Source: Methanothrix sp.
Lineage (GTDB): Archaea > Halobacteriota > Methanosarcinia > Methanotrichales > Methanotrichaceae
Assembly: GCA_040770465.1 (NCBI GenBank)
Contig: JAXGJB010000013.1
Coordinates: 1-58,979, forward strand
Direction of reading: 5' to 3'
Length of the DNA: 58,979 bases
Shown here: piece by piece, positions 9,701 to 18,106 of the stretch
Position numbering within the stretch: the stretch's first letter is position 1
How the letters are laid out: each line of letters begins with the position of its first letter
Made by a program: the position numbers and the translations under genes
The notes under the pieces: generated by a model
What the model was told of the DNA's origin: nothing
Seen by the model: only the letters and a program-made list of their open reading frames with translations
Database searches by the model: none

Positions 9701-11760
9701 TCGCCAACGACTATTCGACGACATCTCCGAACTACAACCTCAATAACGTCGTCTTTGTCGAGGCCTTCAACCGCACCGGAGAGCTTTTCGAAGCATCGGC
9801 CAGCGCGAACGTCGAGGTGACCGACCCCGGAACCGAGCTCTCGACCCGGGAGCACGGGAGCGGCAGCTACGACAGCGAGGAGCTTGTGACGGTGAAGACC
9901 GAGGACAAGTCCATCGAGATGGCAAAGGACGTCTCGGCGACCTACGCCACCACCAGCCTCGGCCTCTACAACAATCGATCCGTCGCCTTCTCTTCGAGGT
10001 GGACCGAGACGGCCAGCGGAAAAAACAGGATCACCGGCACCACCATGAGTGAGGCCTATCGGTACGCCACATCCATCGACCGGGACTCTCACTTCAAGCT
10101 CGATGAGACGGGCACCTCCATGGCCTTCGAGTCGGAGTTCGATGGGATGGGAAGCTTCAGGGTATTCCAGAAGCCCACCGACGAGGGCGACCCAGCCGAC
10201 TTCGAATCCGAGGAGACCTACTCGGGGAGCTTCAAGGTATACCAGGTCGCCAGCGGTTCGAGCATGAGGTACGAGAAGGCGGCCTCGGGGACGGGGTCGG
10301 TCGCAGCCGACAAAAGGATCGGAGACGAACAGAGGTCCTACGAGTCGGGGTCCGGCGCCTACGAATCCGACGAGATCATCGAGGCTGCGACCGACTACAT
10401 CGCAAAGGAGATCAGCCTTGAGAGCAGGCCGACGAGCCTCGACCTCGGAGGCGATCTATTCTTCAACAACTCGGGCAAGTGGAAGGAGGGAATCTGGTCG
10501 AAGAACGAGAGCGAGAACAAAACAACCTTCATCGGCGAGGAGTTCTCAAGCCTCGACCGCCTCGATAAGGAGACGATCGTCAGGGGGCTGGGAGACGTGG
10601 CGACCGAGGCCGAGTTCTCCGGGACGGGCCGGTTCAGGGTGATCTCCGTCGACACCAGCACCAACGAGTCGGAGAACGAGTCTGTCAACCGCTCGATAAA
10701 ACGGCTCCGAGATGCAGAGATCGAGATCGACGACCTCTACTCCGGCGACTACTCGATCGCGAGGAGGACCGTCTTCGCCGGCGACTTCGAGTACGACGAG
10801 CCCCACCTCTCGGCCGAGAAGTCCGGCGAGATCTTCTATTCGGATGACGCCATCCTAGCGCGCTACAACATAACCCTGAAAAACGACGGCAACCGGGCCC
10901 TCGGGCCCCTGGCCATAAGAGACCTCTTCCCGCCGGGGGCGGAGTTTGTCAACGCCTCGGAGAGGACGGCGAGCCTCTCATCCGACGGCGCCGAGTGGAC
11001 CTATGCGAACCTGGGGCTCGGCGACGCTCTCAGCATCACGCTGTGGCTTGACGTCACCGACTGCCGCACAGATGAGATCGTCAACAGGATCGAGGCCACA
11101 GGCGGCTTCAACGGAAACGTCGTCACTGCCGCCGCCTTCTATGCCCTCCAGACCGACTGGCTGAGCTGGATCGACGACGCGTCGGTGACGGCGACGAAGT
11201 TCGCCAAGGTGGACGAGAACGATCCGAGGATCGTCACCTACACCCTCACCGTCCAGAACCTCGACGAAGAGACCAAGGTCGCCACGGTCGCCGACATCCT
11301 CCCGGAGGGGATGAGGTTCATCGACTCCTCGCCGAAGCCCTCCTCCGTCGACGGAAACGTCGTCACCTGGACCCTGATAGACATCGGCCCATACGAGGCC
11401 GAGACGATCGTCTACGGAGCCGAGGCCCTCAGGAGCGGGAGGTTCTTCAACCGGGCCGTGGTGGACGCGCGGTCCGTCAACGGGTCTGTCACGCCGCCGG
11501 TCTATGCCAGCTCCGTCATCGAGATCGCCGAGTTTGAGGGCGAGGGCGAGCTTCCCCAACCGATCTGGCAGCCCCCTGACTGGGGCTTCGAGTATTTGTA
11601 CTACTCAAACAACCTCACCTGCGAGGAGATAGTCAACCTGACGGCGCCACCGGAAACGGCTGAGAGGGGCAACGACCTCTGGACCGGCGAGGCAAAGGAC
11701 ATCCCTGGGGCCTCCGAGGACAGCGGAGGATTAGGACGGTTCCATCTGGTGGAAGGCTGA
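6757..11760 (+). CDS. large secreted cell-surface protein: prenyltransferase/squalene-oxidase-repeat alpha/alpha barrel, DUF4430-like/Ig-like modules, DUF11 repeats
   Basis: signal peptide; repeated L.S.Q..DGGF/GGW motifs; two T/SxLGAL...FYV.G modules; several VTK.A...G..YTI.V.N DUF11 motifs. Confidence 0.8.
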   Translation: MKSILRPLGLGLVIMLFVAGAGVAQDFPLARDDPVIRNAVSYLLSCQNEDGGFGNEPEAGASSIVTTADAACALASTGDLGRAREGGKTPLDYLVANPPDENATGGSIGRYVMGIVAAGGDPRDVSGTDYVERLKDLAKPPRGEENLFSESYILLGLAAAGESGSAEAQAFVTYLRGKSSPSGGWGWGGGAPPDLDTTGIATIALLAAGEDPNSPLIQDAIAYIRSQQSDDGGFVSSGMSADSNSISDGWAMMASNAAGVNPAEWRKGTATPASHLLSCQQESGVFWWKPDSQGGTGFLVEETSFSIIALLGNSIPITAAAPREEGEGATVTVTVLGDGDLLFSRDLEVEAESFVKDGFEVNNPTVLGALAATGLTYSLDDPEGKGSPAVSDLEGYGAPIYFVDGVRQNDPIGEQNLTGDECVVISAPSTVLPLRITAPEEVVEGTAFTIEVASEDLDDRGLIVSAEVEGATVTLKSATFFADFTTDNDGKTPEITLNETGEYWVEAKKDGYISTFYLNCEYQVIDCLSRETVTTTIHVLSYGNPVFSGEVEVPAAKFQKDGIWIDNPSALGALEETGVDYSITDYGWGVAVTALAGVNGWPAFYAQGSMSSLGFASYSLTGGEWLAVTIPDIQTVPVLFMSVPSDVEVGTPFYITVEEEYYGAGYAVLRRPSVGAKAIIEGAGTYVTNATGVASVTLNEAGEYKAKAEKSGCVGTYYIVPGGYHIITATGEISGELIVTKRASRDSAKPGEKLSYLIKICNDGDETLTDVNVTDVLQSGSTLSLVYIDWMGVYVPETNPAPDKIVGNELEWNFDKIEPGDCKDIILVVNVSKDRPSGYELENCVDLEALNQSQARITATDCDDVFIGERSPLVVTKTADKKSAERGKKVKYTIEVCNNYPDVMYDVKVKDVFSHYVEFVFADPAPTQEYGEGDRLSDVAWTFSSIEPDTCEEITLEVLVPEMQDFEFGMEQSVMGEGFVNVANDYSTTSPNYNLNNVVFVEAFNRTGELFEASASANVEVTDPGTELSTREHGSGSYDSEELVTVKTEDKSIEMAKDVSATYATTSLGLYNNRSVAFSSRWTETASGKNRITGTTMSEAYRYATSIDRDSHFKLDETGTSMAFESEFDGMGSFRVFQKPTDEGDPADFESEETYSGSFKVYQVASGSSMRYEKAASGTGSVAADKRIGDEQRSYESGSGAYESDEIIEAATDYIAKEISLESRPTSLDLGGDLFFNNSGKWKEGIWSKNESENKTTFIGEEFSSLDRLDKETIVRGLGDVATEAEFSGTGRFRVISVDTSTNESENESVNRSIKRLRDAEIEIDDLYSGDYSIARRTVFAGDFEYDEPHLSAEKSGEIFYSDDAILARYNITLKNDGNRALGPLAIRDLFPPGAEFVNASERTASLSSDGAEWTYANLGLGDALSITLWLDVTDCRTDEIVNRIEATGGFNGNVVTAAAFYALQTDWLSWIDDASVTATKFAKVDENDPRIVTYTLTVQNLDEETKVATVADILPEGMRFIDSSPKPSSVDGNVVTWTLIDIGPYEAETIVYGAEALRSGRFFNRAVVDARSVNGSVTPPVYASSVIEIAEFEGEGELPQPIWQPPDWGFEYLYYSNNLTCEEIVNLTAPPETAERGNDLWTGEAKDIPGASEDSGGLGRFHLVEG

Positions 11761-11963
11761 GAGCGGGGTTTCCTCCTTCGAGTGGACGGCTCTGGGGATC
11801 GTTGCGATGTCGGGAGAGACGATCCTCCTCAAGCCCCAATAAAATAGAAAAAGATTTTTTAACCGACGGACGGTCAGAATCTCTGCCCTGACCAGTCAAG
11901 TTCGGTCGATCCAAGAGGAAAAAGATGCCTCCGGGAACCTCCTAAGAGATCAATTTGTATCTC

Positions 11964-12671
11964 TCAACATGCGGCCGTCTCGTGGGCCTCCGCCTCTTCG
12001 GTCCCTGCCATGCTCATCGTCACCGTCTGTCCCTGCTCCAGAACGAACTTCTCAACGGTGACATCTGCGGGCTCACCGTCGACCGTGAACATCCACCAGG
12101 TTCCTTCCTCATCGTAGTTGGAGATCACGCCGTCGATCCCGACGACCAGGGTTCCCCACTCCATCTCCTCGGTTTCGAGATCGGTCGTCTCGTTGAGAAG
12201 GTCGAGCGCAGTGGACCCTTCCGCCATCTCGGCGTGCTCAGCCTTGTCGATGATCCCGTCTCCCTCGTAGTCAACTTCCAGGACGACGGTTATGTACCCC
12301 TCCTCGACGCCAGCGAGGGACATGGAGACGACGTCTCCATCCATCAGCACGTAGCTGTCCACTGTGACGTCAGCCTGTTCTCCGTTGACGTCGAAGGCCC
12401 ACCAGGTGCCTTCATCCTCCCAGTTGGCCATAACGCCGTCGATCCCGACGACCAGACCTCCGAATTCCGTCTCCTCGACATCCACCTCTGAGACGGCATC
12501 CAGCAGATCTAAGGCTGTAGAGCCATCAGCCATCGTCTCTTCGGTCATCACATCCGCCACGCCGTCGCCGTCGTAGTCGACCTCCAACGTCGCGGTTATA
12601 TCCTCGGCCGCCGCTGCATAGACCAGCAAAAAAGTCAAGGCAGCCACCAGAACTGCGCATCTCATCTTCAC
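11964..12671 (-). CDS. secreted protein with two DUF4430 (transcobalamin beta-domain-like) repeats
   Basis: signal peptide; two copies of GSTALDLL...LVVGIDGV...WW.F.V.G....V..YVL.DG. Confidence 0.85.
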   Translation of the reverse strand: MKMRCAVLVAALTFLLVYAAAAEDITATLEVDYDGDGVADVMTEETMADGSTALDLLDAVSEVDVEETEFGGLVVGIDGVMANWEDEGTWWAFDVNGEQADVTVDSYVLMDGDVVSMSLAGVEEGYITVVLEVDYEGDGIIDKAEHAEMAEGSTALDLLNETTDLETEEMEWGTLVVGIDGVISNYDEEGTWWMFTVDGEPADVTVEKFVLEQGQTVTMSMAGTEEAEAHETAAC

Positions 12672-12946
12672 GATTTTTCAGCTCCTCAAGTTGAAACCAT
12701 TAAGCAGGTAAAGTTAACCTAAATATAGATAACTTTTTCGGCTCATCAATTATGTCTGCGATAATGAAGATCTATCATCAAAAGAATTGATGGTCATAGC
12801 CCGCTACAAAGATTAATCAAACTAGTTTTAGTTAAATCCAATAAAGATTATATCATATGCCAGACCACCCCAACTCAAGGAAGCCGAAGACCAGTCGGAC
12901 TTCCGGGCCGCAGTCGATTGATATGCCGACTGCCGGATAGTGAGAG

Positions 12947-13237
12947 ATGAAAAAAGGTGATAATATGGCAGAAGAAAGCAGGAAGGCTGTTAAGCTGGGT
13001 GATCTGAACAGTTTTCTCTCTGAAAGGGAGATCCGATCTATTGAGGGCCTCTCCATCGAGGGCGATATCGAGATCGAGGTGGATACTGGCGGAATGGACG
13101 CGGGACCTATCCTCGCGACCAGTTTAGGCCAGGAGATCGTCAATACCGCGATCCAGCTTCTCAACTTCTCCAAAGCTCTGGGATATCCGGCCGACAACCT
13201 TTTGATGCCTGGCCAAGCGGTCCCGCCGAAAAAATAG
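12947..13237 (+). CDS. small hypothetical protein
   Basis: 96-aa ORF; AGGTGA SD before the internal ATG at 12965; no family recognised. Confidence 0.6.
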   Translation: MKKGDNMAEESRKAVKLGDLNSFLSEREIRSIEGLSIEGDIEIEVDTGGMDAGPILATSLGQEIVNTAIQLLNFSKALGYPADNLLMPGQAVPPKK

Positions 13238-13310
13238 CTGAGCATGAGCGTTGAGCAGAGCAACGCAGCGCCATCTTCGGAATGGAGAAGGGCGAGGTCG
13301 CGGCCGAATC

Positions 13311-13472
13311 CTAGCCGGACTCCCAGGCTGCGAGCGCCCTCTCCTGATTTATGTAGCCTCTCCATTCACCGGTTTCTAGGACCAGAACGCCGTCAGCGCT
13401 TCCGACAACCTTCCCACGCAGCCGCTCGTTTCCTCTTCCGCAGAAGTAGACCTCCACCTCCTTGTCGTAGAA
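13311..13472 (-). pseudogene. fragment resembling an MM0924-family small Sm-like protein
   Basis: reads FYDKEVEVYFCGRGNERLRGKVVGSADGVLVLETGEWRGYINQERALAAWESG*; in-frame stop upstream at a 7-bp GCTATTC duplication; family assigned from recollection. Confidence 0.45.
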
Positions 13473-13979
13473 TCGCTATTCGCTATTCTGATCCCCAGAT
13501 TGCTGAAATTCCCTCCGGTGGAACGGAGCCAAGCGGGGAGAACCTCAAGTCAAATCTATTTGTCTTTATTCAAGCAAAACGTATTTATCTGAGGGCGACG
13601 TGGTGCTATACGCCGGTGCTTCCTTCAGACCTCCTGAAGAACCAGAGCTGAAACCCGGCACAGGCAGCTTGGACAGCAATAACCCATAGACCGAAAAAAG
13701 TGGAAAAGCCCTGATGCAATGCCAGTAACTGGTTTGCCCTCCTCCTGGAATGCAATCCTCGGCGCTTCGGGCTTTCACCTCAACAGGATGGATCTCGCGC
13801 AAGGTCGGACCTCACGGCCCTTGCGGATGCTCGCAACTCTCCCGCCGTGGCTGGCCGCGCGAGCTTTCCATCCGTTTTTCCCGACGCCCCCGCACCGACG
13901 GATCCTCGCCGAAAGGTTAAAATCAAATGCCTTTTCCTATGAGCAAATTGACTTGGCTACATAAAAATCCAAAGTATTT

Positions 13980-15290
13980 GTGCAGGTCTTGGTCTTTATG
14001 GGTGCACGATATACGAAGTTTCTCAATTGCTCGCTCATCTCAATTTTGATCGTCATCGGCTGGGCTATCGCGGCGGATTGGCCCAGTTTCCAGGGGGACG
14101 AGACCAACTCGGGGCTGACCACCGACGATCTGCCCACCGATCCACGGGTCCTTTGGTCGGTCGATCTTCAGCGGATCGACGTCACCCCGATAGTCGCCTC
14201 AGACCAGGTCTACGTCCTAGCAGACAACGGCACCCTCTGGGCTCTGGACAAGGTGACCGGTGACGCGACGTGGACGGCTCAAATGGATGGATGGGTCTTC
14301 CAAACCTCCACCCCGGCCGTCTCCGGAGGTAGGATCTTCGCGGCTACGGATTCGGGGGATCTCGCGGCCTTCGACGCCCATACCGGCGAGGAGGTCTGGA
14401 CCCGTCACCTCACCGACAGGAGGTTCGAGGCCCCCATCGCTTGCTCAGACGGGCTGATCTACCTCGGAGAGGGGAGCGGATACGGCCGGGGTGAGAAGCG
14501 CTACTTCTGCTTCGACGCGGATGGAAACGAGATCTGGAACCATTCCCGGGATACGACCGGCTACATGTGGTGCGGCGCCGCCGTCGCCGGGGGTTATCTC
14601 GTCTTTGGCGGAAATGACGGCTGCCTTCTCTCTGTCAATAGGACGACCGGCGACATCTCAGACCTCCTGAACCTATCCGACACATCGAGGATCGGATTTG
14701 CGACGCCAGACCCCGGCCGAATCCGGGCTTCGGTCTCCTACGACAACGGCTCAGTCCGCGCGACATCCGAGTTCTCGGCCGATCGGGGCTATGCCTGGAA
14801 GGTCGGGTTCGACGAGGACGAGGGAACCTTCGAGAACAGAGGCTGGAGATCTCTCGTGGGGTTCAGCACATCAACTCCCGCCGTCTATGGCGGCAGGGTA
14901 TACCTCGGAGTCGGCGAGCACGGATATCCCGGGGCTCTGACCTGCCTCGACGACTCCACCGGCGAGGTGATCTGGACGTATCCCGTCGAGGCGGGCGTTA
15001 AGTCCTCGCCGGTGATCTCTTCGGCGGGAGGAGATCCCCGAATAGTATTCACCGCCTCCAGGGTCAACGGCTCCGTCTACTGCGTCGAGGACGCCGGAGT
15101 CGAGCCTCGCCTCGTCTGGCGGTTCGACCCGCCGGATGACGGCTACATCCTCGCCGGAGCCGCGGCCTCTGACGGGCGGGTATACTTCGGAACCGAGAAG
15201 GGCATACTTTACTGCCTCTCTGATGACCAGGCCGAACCGTCCGAAAATGAGACAAAAACGATAGAAATTGGCGGAGGTTATCCAAAATGA
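13980..15290 (+). CDS. secreted PQQ-binding-like (BamB-type) beta-propeller protein
   Basis: signal peptide, DWPSFQGD, repeated STPAV..G.VY and ALD..TG...W blades; start may be the ATG at 13998. Confidence 0.88.
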   Translation: MQVLVFMGARYTKFLNCSLISILIVIGWAIAADWPSFQGDETNSGLTTDDLPTDPRVLWSVDLQRIDVTPIVASDQVYVLADNGTLWALDKVTGDATWTAQMDGWVFQTSTPAVSGGRIFAATDSGDLAAFDAHTGEEVWTRHLTDRRFEAPIACSDGLIYLGEGSGYGRGEKRYFCFDADGNEIWNHSRDTTGYMWCGAAVAGGYLVFGGNDGCLLSVNRTTGDISDLLNLSDTSRIGFATPDPGRIRASVSYDNGSVRATSEFSADRGYAWKVGFDEDEGTFENRGWRSLVGFSTSTPAVYGGRVYLGVGEHGYPGALTCLDDSTGEVIWTYPVEAGVKSSPVISSAGGDPRIVFTASRVNGSVYCVEDAGVEPRLVWRFDPPDDGYILAGAAASDGRVYFGTEKGILYCLSDDQAEPSENETKTIEIGGGYPK

Positions 15291-16531
15291 AAACTGAGCT
15301 ACTATCAGGATTTGTCGCTATCATCCTTATCTTTTCGGCATTGACCGCGCCCGCGCTCTGCGACGAATCGACCGATTTCGGTCCGGAGGGAAGCGTTGGT
15401 GCCGGCTGGCAGCAGTTCCACAATGACCCTCAACATAGAGGCGCGTCTTCCTCGGCTGCTCCGAGGACGAACGAGACCGTCTGGGCGAGGGAGATCGGAG
15501 CCCAGGCCGGATCTTCCGTCAGCGTCGCCGAGGGGAGGGTCTTCGTCAACTGCGTCGACGAGATCGTCGCCCTCGACCAGCTCACTGGAGAGACCCTCTG
15601 GACTGCGCCCTTCGAGAGGAACGCTGACGTCTGCTGCTCCTGGTTCACTCCAGTCTACAATGACAGCAGGCTCTTCTTCTCGGGGATGAAGACCGTCTGT
15701 CTCAACGCCGCCAACGGCGAGGAGATCTGGAGCTTCATACCTCCTTCGGGACGGGGCGCTGTCGACGGAAGCCCTGCGGTTGTTGACGGGAAGGTCGTCG
15801 CCAGCGACTGGGACGGCTCCCACTACCGCTGCCTCGATGAGATGACCGGGGATTTGATCTGGAACTTTTCGGTCGAGGGATCTGCCCAGTCCACCCCCGC
15901 CGTTGCCAACGGCGGAGTCGTCTTCGGGTCCTGGGAGTGGGGACTTGGCGGGCGAATTTACTGCGCCGACCTCGAAATAGGTAGCGAGATCTGGTCTATT
16001 CAAACGGAGAACTCACCTTGCGGATCTGCAGCCATAAACGACGGCACCGTCTACATGACCACCTACAACTTCAACGGCGACGGCGACCTTCTCGCCCTCT
16101 CCCTATCAAACGGGTCGATCCTCTGGAGAAAGGAGATCTCGCCGACCGATTCGACCCCCACCATCGCCGGAGGGAAGGTCTACGTCTGCGGTGGGGTGGA
16201 GGGCTTCAGCTCCTCGAAGACCTACTGCTTCGACGCCTCCACCGGCGACCTCCTCTGGGAGACGGACGAGGCCGACAAGATCGGTGACTGGAGATGCTCG
16301 ATGGCTTATGCCGACGGCCTCGTCTTCGCCGGACGCCCAGACTTCGACGACTTCGGAGGAAACTTCGCCCTCGACGCTTCCACCGGCGAGGTGGTCTGGA
16401 GCCATCCTGGAGGCGGGTCCTCACCGGCCGTCGCCGACGGGATGGTCTTCACCGTCGGGAAGGGGACGGTCTATGCCTTCGGCGGCGCGGCCGAGACAGA
16501 CGGGGCCGAGACAGAGGAGATGATCCCGTGA
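15287..16531 (+). CDS. secreted PQQ-binding-like beta-propeller protein
   Basis: signal peptide, WQQFHND, repeated SP/TP and D..TG...W blades. Confidence 0.88.
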   Translation: MKTELLSGFVAIILIFSALTAPALCDESTDFGPEGSVGAGWQQFHNDPQHRGASSSAAPRTNETVWAREIGAQAGSSVSVAEGRVFVNCVDEIVALDQLTGETLWTAPFERNADVCCSWFTPVYNDSRLFFSGMKTVCLNAANGEEIWSFIPPSGRGAVDGSPAVVDGKVVASDWDGSHYRCLDEMTGDLIWNFSVEGSAQSTPAVANGGVVFGSWEWGLGGRIYCADLEIGSEIWSIQTENSPCGSAAINDGTVYMTTYNFNGDGDLLALSLSNGSILWRKEISPTDSTPTIAGGKVYVCGGVEGFSSSKTYCFDASTGDLLWETDEADKIGDWRCSMAYADGLVFAGRPDFDDFGGNFALDASTGEVVWSHPGGGSSPAVADGMVFTVGKGTVYAFGGAAETDGAETEEMIP

Positions 16532-18048
16532 TCCGACGGCTCAGCCTCCTCCTGATCTGCCTCATCCTCGCCTCAGCGATCGATCCTGCCTTCGGGGACC
16601 ATCTGACATTTCGGGGCGACGCCCAGAGAACCGGAAACGTCAGCGGGACCGGCCCCTCAAGCCCCGACCTTCTCTGGAAAGAGAAGCTGACGGCCAAGGG
16701 CTACATAGGGGCGAGCGCCGCGGTTTGGAGGGAGATGGTCTACGTCTCCTCATGGCCCGACATGTCCTACAAGGGCGAGCAGGCCCTCGGCTGCTTCAAC
16801 GCCGAGGACGGATCGGTCCTCTGGCAAAACCCCATCGGTGGAAAGGGCGGAGCCTCGACCCCCGCCGTCTCCGGCGGCCTGATATTTGCAGGCTCCTTTA
16901 ATGGCGATCTCTACTGTCTGGACGCTGAAACCGGCGAGACCGTCTGGAACCGGACGGTCGAGAAGGACCCTCAATGGTGGGGCGTTGCATCGTCGCCTCT
17001 GGTTATCGGGAATAGGATATTTGTCACCACCTTCTCCGAGGGGACCCTGCACGTCCTGGACCTCGAAGGGGGCGAGCTCTGGAACATAACAACCGGAAAG
17101 ATCGATCCGTATACATCGCCTGCCGGAGCCGACGGACGGGTCTACTTTGCTGGAGGGGACCCAGCTCTCTATTGTCTGGACGCCTCTTCGTTTGAGCTCC
17201 TCTGGAAACTTCCAACGGACGCCCCCATAACCTCGACGCCGGCGATCGAAGGGAGGAGAGTCTACTTCGCGACGACCGAGGCTCTCTGCGCGGTGGACGC
17301 CGAAACGGGCGAGGAGGTCTGGAGCGCGCCCCTCAGGGGCACCACTTCATCTCCGGCATTATCCTCCGGCCGGGTCTACATCGGAACCGACGATGCCCAT
17401 CTGGAATGCTTCAACGCATCGGACGGATATTCCATCTGGAGCGCCGAGGTCGATAGCTCCGTCAAGTCCTCGCCCCTCGTGGTGGGAGACCGGGTCTATT
17501 TCGGATCTTACAAAGGCGTCGTCTATGCCCTCAACTGCTCGGACGGCTCGGAGGCGTGGACCTACGATACCGGAGCCTACATGATGGCCTCACCCTCCTT
17601 CTCTGATGGGGTCCTGTACATCGGCTCCGACGACGGATGTCTGTACGCCTTCGGAGAGGGGGCCACCAAGGTGATCTTCGAGGGCGAGGTCCTCCTCGGC
17701 GACGGCAGATTCAACGCGACCGCGGATGGGGGCAACGTCCGCGCGGTCGGTGAGAGGACCGCCCTCGGCGCCCTGATGAAGGCTTCTGAGATGGGAGGGT
17801 TCAACATAACCTTCGACGATTCCGTGGTGGACGATTACGGCCTTCTGGTGGGATCGATCGACGGCATCGAGCCTGGGGACGGAAAGGTCTGGATGTACTG
17901 GGTGAACTATCCGGACGAGCCGATCCCCACGGTGGGACCCGACCGCTTCCCCCTGGAGGAGGGCGACGTCGTCGCCTTCTACCTCGGAGATAGAAGCAGT
18001 AGCCCCGAGGAGTCGCTCAGGGTGGAGATAACTACTGGATGGGAGTGA
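16528..18048 (+). CDS. secreted PQQ-like beta-propeller with a C-terminal DUF4430-like domain
   Basis: GTG start overlapping the upstream stop; signal peptide; SSP blades; C-terminal TALGAL...SIDGI...WMYWVN...LEEGDVV. Confidence 0.85.
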   Translation: MIRRLSLLLICLILASAIDPAFGDHLTFRGDAQRTGNVSGTGPSSPDLLWKEKLTAKGYIGASAAVWREMVYVSSWPDMSYKGEQALGCFNAEDGSVLWQNPIGGKGGASTPAVSGGLIFAGSFNGDLYCLDAETGETVWNRTVEKDPQWWGVASSPLVIGNRIFVTTFSEGTLHVLDLEGGELWNITTGKIDPYTSPAGADGRVYFAGGDPALYCLDASSFELLWKLPTDAPITSTPAIEGRRVYFATTEALCAVDAETGEEVWSAPLRGTTSSPALSSGRVYIGTDDAHLECFNASDGYSIWSAEVDSSVKSSPLVVGDRVYFGSYKGVVYALNCSDGSEAWTYDTGAYMMASPSFSDGVLYIGSDDGCLYAFGEGATKVIFEGEVLLGDGRFNATADGGNVRAVGERTALGALMKASEMGGFNITFDDSVVDDYGLLVGSIDGIEPGDGKVWMYWVNYPDEPIPTVGPDRFPLEEGDVVAFYLGDRSSSPEESLRVEITTGWE

Positions 18049-18106
18049 AGAAAGCTTGTTCGTTAGCCGACGCAGCAGAAGATCGAGGGGAAGGCAAAGG
18101 AGCTGG

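Noticed and set aside
13566-13960. Possible cobalamin riboswitch upstream of the propeller/CobN-like operon
   Set aside because: I could not find the conserved B12-box or GGGAA/GCCACTG elements by eye; an Infernal/Rfam search would be needed
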